A DNA stretch of 64,000 nucleotides from an uncultured Thiotrichaceae bacterium (GCA_964388965.1 CAYMCP010000001.1:12422-76421); one strand, 5' to 3'; shown: positions 30,453 to 41,901, numbered from the stretch's first letter. Program-made: numbers and translations. The notes: generated by a model from the letters alone, not told the origin.

Positions 30453-31496
30453 ATGCCTGAATATCGAATTAAATTGAATACTAGCGATGCCCAAACCATT
30501 TCATTTACATGCGAACCCGATCAGGATTTGATAACAGCCGCTATTGAAGCAAATATATATCTCGTTGCTCAATGTCGTTCTGGCAGTTGTGGTGCGTGTG
30601 TTGCGCACTGCGAGCAAGGTGATTTTGAACTCGCAAGTTACAGCGAGGATGTTTTATCTGAATTATCACGTCAGCAAAAACACGTTTTACTATGTCGGAC
30701 TTATCCGCGCAGTGATATGGTGTTAAATTTAACATATAACTATAATTTAATTAATTTTTCATATCCTGTGCAGCGTAGTGCAACAATTATCAATAAAACA
30801 TATCTCACTCCTGACACAATTAAGTTAGAATTACAGTTAATCGAAGATGCAGAAGGTAATACAACTTTAAATTTTCAACCCGGACAATTTGTTGAGTTAT
30901 TTATTCCTGAGACTGAGATTAAACGCCCATATTCACTAGCTAACGCACCCAATTGGGATGGTTTACTTGAATTTTTAATCAAATTACATTCAGACGGCAG
31001 ATTTAGCACTTTTTTACGAGAAAATGCCAATATTGGCACGGTTTTAAAATTAAACGAGGCTCAGGGTCGTTTTACGCTAGTTGAACACGGTTTGCGTCCA
31101 CGTTATTTTGTTGCGGGAGGGTGCGGTTTGGCATCCGTTCTGTCTATGCTGCGTTACATGGCTGAATTACAAGAACCACATGAAACGAAATTATTTTTTG
31201 GAGTATGGAAAGAAGAAGAATTATTTTATCAACAGGAATTAGCTGCTTTAGCTGCTGATTATAATCATTTTAATTATCAACTTTGCGTGACTAGACCGAG
31301 CGAAACTTGGCAAGGATACCGTGGTTCAGTCGTTGATGCCTTAGACAATACATTGCAACATGCTACGACACTTCCTGATATTTATATTTGTGGATCGACG
31401 GGTTTGATTGAAGCCGTTGCAAATGTTGCCAAAAAGTATGGTATTGAACGTGATTCACTTATCTATGAACATTACAGTAATTCATGCGCAACTTAG
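30453..31496 (+). CDS. Ferredoxin-NAD(P)H oxidoreductase, probable Hcp reductase (N-terminal plant-type 2Fe-2S, then FAD and NAD modules)
   Basis: CRSGSCGAC...C ferredoxin motif at the N-terminus. RPYSLAN FAD-binding motif. GGCGLAS NAD(P)H-binding motif. Located directly downstream of hcp. Confidence 0.75.
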   Translation: MPEYRIKLNTSDAQTISFTCEPDQDLITAAIEANIYLVAQCRSGSCGACVAHCEQGDFELASYSEDVLSELSRQQKHVLLCRTYPRSDMVLNLTYNYNLINFSYPVQRSATIINKTYLTPDTIKLELQLIEDAEGNTTLNFQPGQFVELFIPETEIKRPYSLANAPNWDGLLEFLIKLHSDGRFSTFLRENANIGTVLKLNEAQGRFTLVEHGLRPRYFVAGGCGLASVLSMLRYMAELQEPHETKLFFGVWKEEELFYQQELAALAADYNHFNYQLCVTRPSETWQGYRGSVVDALDNTLQHATTLPDIYICGSTGLIEAVANVAKKYGIERDSLIYEHYSNSCAT

Positions 31497-31634
31497 AAAA
31501 CATTAGAAAATAATCATAGCTACCGTCAATCTTCGTTAGAAATGGTGTGTAAAACTTGTTTTGCCTGTACAGAATGAATTTTGCGCGCCTAAGGGTTCCC
31601 CCACATTTTTTCAACCAGTGATTTCAAATCGATT

Positions 31635-32222
31635 CTATACAAATTCTGGATATTCAATAATGTAAAATCCAAGCAAAGCATTCAATAAAGCCATTTTTTT
31701 AAACTTTTTAATATCGGTGGCATAAATATGGGCGGGTATAATTTCACGTACTGCTAACAAACGTGCTCGCGTCGTACCTTGCAATAAAGGCTTTTCTGGT
31801 GTCAGCCAATGCTGCCCATCCCAACAAGCTAAATTAGCCATACTAGAATCAGTAACTAATTGATTTTTTAAGATAATAATATCATCTGCTTGCTGTTTTT
31901 GTGCGCTTAAAAGATTAATTTCTGTACGGTCGGCATATTTAAATGAATAATCTATATCATCAGCCGTAATTAATCTAAAACTTTTAAATCGCGGGATTTG
32001 ATGTGGGATAAATTCAACTTGTTCAATCTGTTGCCGATATAATACTCGACAGCGATAAATGCCTTTTGGTGGAGCGCGTCTGAACAACGTTGATAAATCT
32101 AGTTGTTGTTCTGCATCAAATAATTGCAAACGAGCTTGATTAAAACGCTGTTGATGCCACACTAAATTTTGTGGCTTTCCGTCAACACATCTAATTGTCT
32201 CTAATAACTGTTGCATCACCAA
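31635..32222 (-). CDS. Class IV aminotransferase-fold protein, short aminodeoxychorismate-lyase-like
   Basis: The N-terminal LLETIRCVDGKPQNLVWHQQRF pattern and ~195-aa size resemble short PabC-like proteins. Assignment is from memory only. Confidence 0.45.
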   Translation of the reverse strand: MVMQQLLETIRCVDGKPQNLVWHQQRFNQARLQLFDAEQQLDLSTLFRRAPPKGIYRCRVLYRQQIEQVEFIPHQIPRFKSFRLITADDIDYSFKYADRTEINLLSAQKQQADDIIILKNQLVTDSSMANLACWDGQHWLTPEKPLLQGTTRARLLAVREIIPAHIYATDIKKFKKMALLNALLGFYIIEYPEFV

Positions 32223-32375
32223 TCCTATCTAATTTAACTACTTATTTTTTAAATTAAAAATCATAATAAATTTATTTTATTTGGTTATAAAAGGAATTTC
32301 TTTGCTACTCATAGCAATACCAAAGAGAATGCTCTGTTCTAGTGGATAAATAGCTACCATCATAACCAAACGGAT

Positions 32376-32389
32376 TTGATTTAGGTCAG
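32376..32389. promoter_or_regulatory. Imperfect FNR-like box upstream of the small-membrane-protein / TauE-USP operon
   Basis: TTGATttagGTCAG matches 8 of 10 positions of TTGAT-N4-ATCAA. The centre lies about 62 nt upstream of ATG 32444. The -10 candidate is poor. Confidence 0.3.
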
Positions 32390-32443
32390 CCTCGTCCAAC
32401 TGCAAAAATGCTTAAAAAAATATCAAATTCGAGGAGGTCACAC

Positions 32444-32674
32444 ATGAGTAAACATATTAATCACGCACTGGTACCTGCTATTCTTTGGGGTATTATGAGT
32501 GTCGTCCTATACGCAGCACTATATTATTTTGAACAGCCAATCCTAGAAGCCTCAGCTAAAGGTGGTTGGTATTTTATCGTACCTGTTGTCATTGCGTTCA
32601 TTTTCTCAGGCGTGCATGGTAATTTTACTGGTTACTTCTGGGAATCTTTGGGTGTTAGAGCTAAGAAAAAATAG
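32444..32674 (+). CDS. Small two-TM membrane protein (76 aa)
   Basis: GAGGAGG at 32431-32437, 6 nt before ATG 32444 (the track starts at 32408). Two hydrophobic helices. Followed 11 nt later by the TauE-USP gene. Confidence 0.5.
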   Translation: MSKHINHALVPAILWGIMSVVLYAALYYFEQPILEASAKGGWYFIVPVVIAFIFSGVHGNFTGYFWESLGVRAKKK

Positions 32675-32685
32675 GAGGAAGCAGC

Positions 32686-34596
32686 ATGGAAATATCATTT
32701 TTAGAACTCACCCTCAATAACGTTGCTTTCTTATTTATCGTTGGTTTTATTGGTGGCTTAGTGAGTGGTTTTATAGGCTCTGGCGGTGCATTCGTCTTAA
32801 CACCTTCAATGATGAGTATGGGCGTACCAGCTATTATGGCGGTTGCCAGTAATATGTGTCACAAATTTCCTAAAGCCCTAGTTGGCTCTATCAAACGTGC
32901 TCGTTACGGTCAAGTAGATGTCAAACTTGGTATTATCATGGGAATTTCCGCCGAAGCGGGCGTACTGTATGGAGCGCATTTACAAAAATATATTCAACAT
33001 CAATTTGGACAAGATGGCTCTAATTTATACGTTTCATTTGTATTCGTGGTCGTATTAGCGATTGTTGGCACCTACGTTTTAGTTGATGCGTGGAAATTGT
33101 ACAATTCAAGCGCACAAGAAGAGAAAAAAACAAAAATTGCTCAATGGGTACAATCCGTTAATATTCCCGGTACCATGATGTATTTCAGCGCATTAAACGC
33201 ACGTATTTCAATTTTATTTACCATCCCACTGGGTTTTGCTACTGGCTTGCTTGCAGCGACAATTGCAGTTGGTGGTTTTATTGGCGTACCTGCGATGATG
33301 TACATTTTAGGTGCACCGGGACTGGTTGCATCAGCGACTGAATTGGTTATTGCTTTTATCATGGGCTTTGGTGGCACGATTAAATATGCCCTAGATGGTT
33401 ATGTGGATATTCGTTTAGCGATGATTATTCTGGCAGGTTCACTATTTGGTGTGCAATTAGGTGCGATTGGTACAACCTATGTAAAAGATTATATGGTTAA
33501 AGTTGTCATGGGCGTGATTATGATTTTAGTATTACTTAGTCGCGGCTTTATGATTCCTGTTTACCTGAGCAATATGGGCTACATTAATCCTATTACCGAC
33601 GGCACAAGCAATATTTTATCTACCATCAGTTTTGCCTTATTGGTATTCGCTTTAGCCAGCGGTGGATTTATTATTCTTTACGCACTATTTCATGGTTTCC
33701 GTATTGAAGCCAAACGGCGTGAGGCAGAAGACGAAACAATTGCAGAACCTGTTGCAATGCAATTATCACCAACGGGTCGTTTTGAACGCATCATGTTAGT
33801 TACCGATGGCTCTGAATTTAGTAGCGGTGCTGAACGTGAAGCAGTTGAATTAGCTAAGAAAGCAAATAGTCAGTTATTTATTACTTCTGTGATCGCAGTT
33901 GATTCAGATTATGAATTACTCGCGCCTCAATTACTAGAAAAACAAACGGCACAAGCTCAATCGGTTCTGGATAAAATTAAACAAATTGCGGATACAGCAG
34001 GTGTAAACTGTGAAACTGTGTTACGTCAAGGCGCGGAAGTATATGAAGAAATCGTTGAAGTTGCGGAACAAAAACGTATTGATCTTATCATTATGGGTCG
34101 GCGTGGCAAGAGTGGTTTAATGCGTTTAATGATGGGTAGTACAACTGCTCGCGTCATTGGTCATACGAGCTGCAATGTCTTAGTCACACCGCGCGCGGCT
34201 AATGTTGTTGGTCAAAATATGATGCTGGCAGTTGATGGTTCTCGTTACGGAGATATTGCGGCGACGACTGCGACAAATTTAGCCAAATACTTGAATGCAA
34301 AAGTAACTGTTGTTTCTGCTATTGAGGGCGATTACAGTGATAGACATCGTAATGAAACGAAAGAAATTGTTGATCGTGTTGTTGAATTGATGAGAAAAGA
34401 AGGCGTGAAAGCAACAGGTGAAGTTTTGCTTGGTGCACCGGCTTCAAGCATTGTAGATGCTGCAAAAGATAAAGGTATAGAACTTATTGTTATGGGCAGT
34501 CACGGACGCACTGGTTTAGAAAAAGTCTTAATGGGTAGTGTGTCAGATCGTGTAATTGGTCATGCACCTTGTGCGGTATTCGTTGCAAGAGGCTGA
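32686..34596 (+). CDS. TauE/SafE-family anion (sulfite-type) exporter permease fused to two universal stress protein (USP) domains
   Basis: AGGAGG RBS. About 8 TM segments with a TauE-like GGxxGSGG motif. Two C-terminal USP repeats (LIIMGRRGKSGLMRLMMGSTTARVIGHTSCNVLV and LIVMGSHGRTGLEKVLMGSVSDRVIGHAPCAVFV). Confidence 0.8.
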   Translation: MEISFLELTLNNVAFLFIVGFIGGLVSGFIGSGGAFVLTPSMMSMGVPAIMAVASNMCHKFPKALVGSIKRARYGQVDVKLGIIMGISAEAGVLYGAHLQKYIQHQFGQDGSNLYVSFVFVVVLAIVGTYVLVDAWKLYNSSAQEEKKTKIAQWVQSVNIPGTMMYFSALNARISILFTIPLGFATGLLAATIAVGGFIGVPAMMYILGAPGLVASATELVIAFIMGFGGTIKYALDGYVDIRLAMIILAGSLFGVQLGAIGTTYVKDYMVKVVMGVIMILVLLSRGFMIPVYLSNMGYINPITDGTSNILSTISFALLVFALASGGFIILYALFHGFRIEAKRREAEDETIAEPVAMQLSPTGRFERIMLVTDGSEFSSGAEREAVELAKKANSQLFITSVIAVDSDYELLAPQLLEKQTAQAQSVLDKIKQIADTAGVNCETVLRQGAEVYEEIVEVAEQKRIDLIIMGRRGKSGLMRLMMGSTTARVIGHTSCNVLVTPRAANVVGQNMMLAVDGSRYGDIAATTATNLAKYLNAKVTVVSAIEGDYSDRHRNETKEIVDRVVELMRKEGVKATGEVLLGAPASSIVDAAKDKGIELIVMGSHGRTGLEKVLMGSVSDRVIGHAPCAVFVARG

Positions 34597-34611
34597 TCTA
34601 TGAGCGCGTAA

Positions 34612-34745
34612 AAATTGTAGGCGTTACGCAGTTCATACGAAAATTTTACTCTATATTGACTAGTGACGACGCACCGCGTCGTCATGCCACAGGACGCACC
34701 AGCGTCCTACGACATTCATGAAATTTAAAATGAGAATTGCTGCAT
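34612..34745 (+). repeat. REP-like GC-rich palindromic element, copy B
   Basis: Perfect hairpins tgacgacgc-acc-gcgtcgtca (34664-34684) and aggacgc-acca-gcgtcct (34691-34708). The tail tacgacattcatgaaatttaaaatgagaattgctg is shared with copy A. Confidence 0.8.
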
Positions 34746-34803
34746 GGCATGTACGAATAAGAATAACGAGAACAAACTTATTTCGTTAAAAATAAATAAT
34801 TTA

Positions 34804-35478
34804 TCATGTTATCGGCTTATCGTCTAATGTTGTATCAATTGTCATGTCAATATCGGTGAATGTTCCTGCGGTCTCAATCTCATCTATCATTACCTCATTT
34901 TCATCATTTTCATCAAGCGGTATCTGCGCTAAATCTAACTCATCTAATTCTTCCATATCTTTCAATTTATTTAATGATGGTAAAGCATTTAAGGTTTTTA
35001 AATTAAAATGATCTAAAAAATGTCGAGTCGTACCGTATAATGCAGGTCGTCCGGGCGTATCTTTATGCGCTAGTACACGAACCCATTGGTAATCTAATAA
35101 TGTTTTCATGATTTGCGTACTAACGCTTACGCCGCGAATAGATTCAATTTCAGTACGGGTAATCGGTTGACGATAAGCAATAATCGCTAATGTTTCCATT
35201 AATGCCCGTGATTGACGAGTTTGGCGTTTTGGATAAAGTTGTTTTACCCATTGAGTGAGTGCCGGTTTAACCTGAAATCGATAACCACTTGCGACTTGAA
35301 CTAATTCAATACCACGATTTTGTGCCTCTTCGGCTAATGCTTTTAAACAAGCACGGATTTCGCTACGTGCTGGCTGCTCGGTCTCTGGAAATAAACCTAA
35401 AAAATGATCAATGGTCAGCGGACGATTTGCAGCGAATAACGCAGCTTCAATGATATTTTTTAATTTTTGTTCAGTCAT
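34804..35478 (-). CDS. scpB: Segregation and condensation protein B
   Basis: IIEAALFAANRPLTIDHF..., LETLAIIAYRQPITRTEIESIRGV and an acidic C-terminal tail are typical of ScpB. Confidence 0.85.
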   Translation of the reverse strand: MTEQKLKNIIEAALFAANRPLTIDHFLGLFPETEQPARSEIRACLKALAEEAQNRGIELVQVASGYRFQVKPALTQWVKQLYPKRQTRQSRALMETLAIIAYRQPITRTEIESIRGVSVSTQIMKTLLDYQWVRVLAHKDTPGRPALYGTTRHFLDHFNLKTLNALPSLNKLKDMEELDELDLAQIPLDENDENEVMIDEIETAGTFTDIDMTIDTTLDDKPIT

Positions 35479-35502
35479 GATTTTCGATTATATCCAATTT
35501 TT

Positions 35503-36516
<1,014 letters not shown>

Positions 36517-36753
36517 TTAAGGGTGGACCATATTATCATACTGATTTTGAAAACTGTTACATGCAATTGTAAAAAAATACGCTTGAAAGTGGTAACATGA
36601 GATCACTTTGCTATTTTTGATTTTTCAGGACTGGCAGTCCACAGACTTATAAAATTTCATGCGGAATCCACGCTATTTTGAACAGCGAATAAAAATCGCA
36701 AATTTTCGCCTAAATTCCTATAATACGACAATAGTGGATTAAAAGGACACATT

Positions 36754-39700
36754 ATGCAAAAAGCTCAAATCTATCGCCATCGCCAACCTATCCCAACGCC
36801 GCGCATTGGCATTATTATTCGCACTAAGGATCGACCGCATTTATTAAAACGTAGTCTTGCAAGTCTTGCTGAACAAAAACGCCTACCTGATGAAGTAATT
36901 ATTATTAACGATGGTGGTGAAAATATCGAAGCAGGTCTTAGCGAATTTACTCATTTAAATATTCGCTTAATAGATAGTGAAGTGAATCAAGGTCGTGCGC
37001 GTTCTGGTAATTTAGGTGTTGATGCTTGTCGTTGTGATTTTATTGGTTTTTTAGATGATGATGATCGTTATTTACCAGACCATTTGCAACGTTTGGAAAA
37101 GACTATTATCCATTTTGATGCCAAAGTCGTTTATTCCGGATGTCTTTTATTACAACGAGATATGCTAGGCGATACTGTCACTTTACGAGAACAACCAATT
37201 GGGCAATATAACGATAGTTTTGATCCACAACGTTTACAATATGAAAATTATATTCCTTTGATTAATATATTAATTAAGCGAGATTTATGGGATAAATTAC
37301 AAGGTTTTGATGAGAATTTTGAAATATTTGAAGATTGGGATATGTTATTGCGTTTATCCCAACTAACTCGTTTTTATCATGTCAATAAGATTACTACTGA
37401 ATATGCGGTATGGGGAAGTGAGCAGGTTACTCGTGCTAGTGACAGTACACGCTGGGAACGTGCTTATCGCCGATTTTTACAAAAGCATCTAATTCAACTT
37501 TCTGAAGATAAAAAACTAGATTTATTAACCCGTTATTGGATGGTGAGTCAACAGCAACGCGGCATAAATCAAGAGCGGGATACAGAAATTACTGCATTAC
37601 AAGCTGATTTACTGCGTAAACAGCAACAATATGATCAATTGTGTCACGATACCGAGCAGGAGAAAAAACAATTAGCTGAAAAGCAAACGCAGTACAATGA
37701 ATTACAACGTGCACTTCAGCAAGCACAGCAGACCGCGACCGAACAGGCGAAAAGTGCAGAACAACGTTACATTGAATTGCAAAAACAGCAGCAAAGTCAA
37801 TTGGATAAATACGAAAGCCAGCTAGAACAGCGCGAAAAACAATACACTGAGTTGAAACAAAAATATGAAAAATTAAATCTTCATTATGATGAGTTAGAAA
37901 AAGATTTTGAAATCTACCAAGACGGACAACAACAAGCTTATGATGAACTGTTAAATCAGGCGCGACAATATCAACAACGCGCCACAGAAGCAGAACAGGC
38001 TTTAGCTGAATTGAGTAGACAATTGCGTGTTGGTATGGGCAAAACAATTACTTATTTACCGACGGCTTATCAATTAGCAAACGATACCAGCGGCATATTA
38101 GCTGATGTAAATCGGGTATTAGATTGGACGCGCCGCAAAATACAACAGGCTACGGATTTAGAAAATCATACACGTTGTAAACAACATTCGATTTTGGACA
38201 GTTTTCAAGTTTTAAAACATCAATTACGGGAATTGGCTGAATTGATGGGACGTTCTCGTTGGTGGCAGGTGCGGCGTTATATTGGCTCGTTAGATCAAAT
38301 TGAGCAGAATTTAGATCAAATACTTGCACAAACGCATAGACAGTTTGATGAGCCACAATATTTTGTCGAGCAACTCGGTTTTGCCTACTTAGAGCCAGCG
38401 TTACCAGAGCAAGCTTTACCGCCAGCTCGCCCAATTTCGACGTTATATCCGATTTACACTACAATTTCCGGTAATGATGAGCAATCCGAAATAATGGAAA
38501 CTGTACCGAATACAGGTGATACACCATTTTTATTAGATACAGCCGATGATGTACTTGTTTTTACAACTCATGCAACTTTAGATGATTTTTATCGTATAGA
38601 CGTGATGTGTGGGACACGATTACGCGCTAATGCTTGCCATATTCGGGTTATTATTCGTGAATTGGACACTAAGGTGGTGGTGCGCGTGGTAACGTCGAGT
38701 GCAATGAATATGTTTGACAATCGTTTTTATCCTATCCGTTTCGCGCCTATTCCTAACTCTGCTGGCAAAACTTATCAGATTGAAATCGATTCACCGAATG
38801 CGCGTCCAGAGGCAGGTATTGCAATTTGGTGTTTACATAAAACCATCGTCACGTCCGCACAGCAAGTCCCGGATCACATTGCACAGCGTTCTCCGCAAAC
38901 TTTACCTGCTTGGGTACAACAAAGTATTTTGAGTTTACCGCTGACTCATCTAAATCCGACTGATCCAACACATTTATTTATCGTTAAAGGCGTACAGTGG
39001 GATACACCGCTAGTAAAATTACATAGTTATCTATTACGTCTAAGCGAAATGTTACAACATGTTGATACTGATGGTTTGATTGTGCTATGTGGCGATGTGC
39101 ATTGGGATATAAAACAATATTATACCCCTGTTCCACTCGTTTATATTCCGCAAACAGATTTACATTCAATGCTCGTATATGGGCAGCAGTGCACGCAAGC
39201 AGGCTATGTATGGTTATGCGATATAGAGGCACAGCCTCAAGTAGACGCGATTGCACAAATGTCAGCCGTTTTTAACGATCAGGATGCAGAAAAATTAGCT
39301 GTAATTATACCAATGGAGGTATATGGCGATCATATTCGTGCTGCTTATGCAACCATTTTACGTGATGGTATTTTGTATCCTTCGGCGGATAATGCTCCAG
39401 CTAATCATTTTTATCATGGTTATCGCCGCACAGTTGATGCAACAGCAACAGAATTATTGATTTTTAAACAAACAACGTTAGCAAAAGTGGAATTAGGTGT
39501 ATTGCCAGCTTACCATTTGCCGATTTATCAATTGACTGATTTATTGTGGCAATTAAAAGAAAAAGGATTTCATACCATTTATGAATCTGCATTGCGTTTA
39601 GTCCATCACGCAGCTAAACCGAGTGCAGAGCAAGCATTGTATGAGCGGGATTGCCGTTATTTTTATAATCGGTGGCGCGATGATTTATTTAATATTATAT

Positions 39701-40818
39701 TATCGTTAAATTCACATTTAAACGTGATGTTGAATCCGACAGCAAAACCAATGGTATTGGTCATTGATGCGACTTTGCCCACATTTGACCAAGATTCCGG
39801 TTCGTTACGCATGTATACGATGCTGAAAATTTGGACTGAAATAGGTTTTAGAATAACTTTTTATCCCGATAATATGGACGGTTGTTTTAAATATCGTCAT
39901 GCTTTGGAGGCATTAGGGATTGAGGTGGCTTATGGTGGTTATGGTATTCAAGATGTTTTGTCATTCCGCCATTTCGATTACGCTATGATATGTCGGGTAG
40001 AAGTCGGACAACGCTATATTCCGCACATTCGCACCGTGTCGCCAAATACGAAAATTTTATACGATACGGTTGATATTCATTACATTCGTGAGGCGCGACA
40101 GGCAGAAATTGAAAATTGTCAACAACTCGCTCAAAAATCATTAAAAACCAAGCAAAAAGAATTGGCAAATTGTATATTAGCGGATCGGGTGTTAGTGGTA
40201 ACGGATGCTGATGGTAAACATTTACAGCAAGAAATAGCCAATTTAGATTATCTCGTATTGCCGAATGTCCACACGCATCAAACTTTATCTAGTGTTAGTT
40301 TTGAGGAGCGTGAAGGTTTAGTATTTATTGGTAATTATAATCATCAGCCAAATGAAGATGCAGTATTTTATTTTGTGCAGAATGTCTTACCTAAGGTGCA
40401 TGAAAAATTACCGGATGTGAAATTCTATGTCGTTGGTAGCAATATGAAAAACAGCATGAAAGCATTAGCAAATGAGCATGTTAAAATTGTGGGCTGGGTG
40501 GACGATGTTGCACCAGAATTTGAAAAGCGGCGCGTTTTTGTGTCGTATTTACGTTACGGCGCGGGCATGAAAGGCAAAATTGGGCAAGCGTTATCGTTGG
40601 GTTTACCCGTCGTGTGTACACCTATTAGTGCAGAAGGGATGGGTTTGCGAGATGCTGAAACAGCACTATTAGCCGATGATACAAAAAGTTTTGCAGAGCA
40701 AATTTGTCGTTTATACCAAGATAAAGCATTATGGGAGCGATTAGCCAAAGAAGGTTATGATTATATCGAGCGTACTTACGGTGAAACTGCGATGCGCGAA
40801 AAATTAGCCCAATTGTAG
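36754..40818 (+). CDS. 1354-aa multidomain glycosyltransferase (N-terminal GT2, Gln-rich coiled coil, uncharacterised middle region, C-terminal GT1/GT4-type domain)
   Basis: GT2: IGIIIRTKDRPHLLKRSLASL...VIIINDGG, FLDDDDRYLPDH (DxD). Coiled coil at about 37560-38040. C-terminal GT4-like: LVFIGNYNHQPNEDAV...GAGMKGKIGQALSLGLPVVCTPISAEG. Confidence 0.75.
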   Translation: MQKAQIYRHRQPIPTPRIGIIIRTKDRPHLLKRSLASLAEQKRLPDEVIIINDGGENIEAGLSEFTHLNIRLIDSEVNQGRARSGNLGVDACRCDFIGFLDDDDRYLPDHLQRLEKTIIHFDAKVVYSGCLLLQRDMLGDTVTLREQPIGQYNDSFDPQRLQYENYIPLINILIKRDLWDKLQGFDENFEIFEDWDMLLRLSQLTRFYHVNKITTEYAVWGSEQVTRASDSTRWERAYRRFLQKHLIQLSEDKKLDLLTRYWMVSQQQRGINQERDTEITALQADLLRKQQQYDQLCHDTEQEKKQLAEKQTQYNELQRALQQAQQTATEQAKSAEQRYIELQKQQQSQLDKYESQLEQREKQYTELKQKYEKLNLHYDELEKDFEIYQDGQQQAYDELLNQARQYQQRATEAEQALAELSRQLRVGMGKTITYLPTAYQLANDTSGILADVNRVLDWTRRKIQQATDLENHTRCKQHSILDSFQVLKHQLRELAELMGRSRWWQVRRYIGSLDQIEQNLDQILAQTHRQFDEPQYFVEQLGFAYLEPALPEQALPPARPISTLYPIYTTISGNDEQSEIMETVPNTGDTPFLLDTADDVLVFTTHATLDDFYRIDVMCGTRLRANACHIRVIIRELDTKVVVRVVTSSAMNMFDNRFYPIRFAPIPNSAGKTYQIEIDSPNARPEAGIAIWCLHKTIVTSAQQVPDHIAQRSPQTLPAWVQQSILSLPLTHLNPTDPTHLFIVKGVQWDTPLVKLHSYLLRLSEMLQHVDTDGLIVLCGDVHWDIKQYYTPVPLVYIPQTDLHSMLVYGQQCTQAGYVWLCDIEAQPQVDAIAQMSAVFNDQDAEKLAVIIPMEVYGDHIRAAYATILRDGILYPSADNAPANHFYHGYRRTVDATATELLIFKQTTLAKVELGVLPAYHLPIYQLTDLLWQLKEKGFHTIYESALRLVHHAAKPSAEQALYERDCRYFYNRWRDDLFNIILSLNSHLNVMLNPTAKPMVLVIDATLPTFDQDSGSLRMYTMLKIWTEIGFRITFYPDNMDGCFKYRHALEALGIEVAYGGYGIQDVLSFRHFDYAMICRVEVGQRYIPHIRTVSPNTKILYDTVDIHYIREARQAEIENCQQLAQKSLKTKQKELANCILADRVLVVTDADGKHLQQEIANLDYLVLPNVHTHQTLSSVSFEEREGLVFIGNYNHQPNEDAVFYFVQNVLPKVHEKLPDVKFYVVGSNMKNSMKALANEHVKIVGWVDDVAPEFEKRRVFVSYLRYGAGMKGKIGQALSLGLPVVCTPISAEGMGLRDAETALLADDTKSFAEQICRLYQDKALWERLAKEGYDYIERTYGETAMREKLAQL

Positions 40819-40929
40819 ATTTTCCACTGTAGAAACAAAATAACCTCTTTGTTTCAGAAAATATAAAGTTTATTGGTTTTGTGCCGCGCTAATTGTTTTT
40901 TAACAGACTGATGATATTGATATTTATTT

Positions 40930-41817
40930 ATGGATACTATTCGTTACGGACAACAATATGCTCAATTTTTACATCGTTTGAGCTGGATCGCAAAGCTCAG
41001 ACCACTTAGTTTGACTTATCAATTAGCTGTGTTGGCGGCACATTATCAAAGCCCGCATCTTGGCAACGAACAACAAGTAAAACAAAACATTACAAATTGT
41101 TTAGGCGAATCGTTTGCTAAGACAGGCTGGCAACAGTTCATACGTCATACGGGTGTATCGAATTGCAACATTTTTCAAATACGCCATATTTCGCAACAAT
41201 GGTTAAAACAACATATTATCATCGCTGGTAATTGGGATTTTTACCAACCGACTGAGAAAGCAACTGTTTTTATGACTTATCATAATCACCATCCTTTTTT
41301 ATTTACAGTCAGTATTAGCATGTTAGGACGACTAATTCGCACTTTAGCGATGAATCCAAAAGACAGCGCGGTTTATCCCTATTTGGCAGAAATTTATGAT
41401 CAATATTTTATTGATTGTGAGGCACATTATCACGGTGGAAATTTTGTACTCGTAGATGCAAATACGCCTTTAGCTGCAACGCGATCCGTCGCTAAAACAC
41501 TTAAAAATAAACAAATTATCATTACGCTAAATGATATATTTAATCCTTATGCAGAAAAGCGTAGTTTAGATATAGCATTTTACGGACATAAATTGACTTG
41601 TCCTACTGGTGTGGTTGAAATGGCACTGCGACATGATGTTGATTTTGTTGCGGGTTGGGTGCGTTGGATTGGTGGCGATAAATTTAAATTAGAATTATAT
41701 TCACTTGATGCCAGTCAGGGTTTAGAAGGCATTATGCAACAGTATATTGATTATTTACAATTAATGATTAAACAAGATGCAGGCTTGTGGGAAGGATGGA
41801 AATTTTTTGAATTTTAG
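40930..41817 (+). CDS. LpxL/HtrB-like (lipid A biosynthesis acyltransferase family) protein, possibly catalytically divergent
   Basis: The spacing of conserved blocks (ATVFMTYHNHHPF.., ..ITLNDIF.., AFYGHKLTCPTGVVEMALRHDVDFV) resembles Lip_A_acyltrans. No Asp/Glu at +5 from any His in the presumed HX4(D/E) region. Confidence 0.4.
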   Translation: MDTIRYGQQYAQFLHRLSWIAKLRPLSLTYQLAVLAAHYQSPHLGNEQQVKQNITNCLGESFAKTGWQQFIRHTGVSNCNIFQIRHISQQWLKQHIIIAGNWDFYQPTEKATVFMTYHNHHPFLFTVSISMLGRLIRTLAMNPKDSAVYPYLAEIYDQYFIDCEAHYHGGNFVLVDANTPLAATRSVAKTLKNKQIIITLNDIFNPYAEKRSLDIAFYGHKLTCPTGVVEMALRHDVDFVAGWVRWIGGDKFKLELYSLDASQGLEGIMQQYIDYLQLMIKQDAGLWEGWKFFEF

Positions 41818-41901
41818 CAAGCATCGAGTGGCTATTTTAGCTTAGTCTAATACTTGAATCAAAACAACTATACTTTTTATGGATATTTGGGGAGATACGC
41901 G

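Noticed and set aside
36557-36598. Possible pheS leader peptide on the minus strand (MLPLSSVFFYNCM*), by analogy with the Phe-rich pheM attenuator of E. coli.
   Set aside because: It has only two Phe codons. There is no convincing RBS and no terminator/antiterminator hairpin with a T-tract between it and pheS. This is most likely chance.
37560-38040. Gln/Glu-rich low-complexity stretch in the giant glycosyltransferase that looks repeat-like at DNA level (cag/caa-rich).
   Set aside because: It reads as a continuous coiled coil in the same frame as the flanking GT domains. There is no unit-length periodicity, so it is neither a tandem repeat array nor a separate gene.
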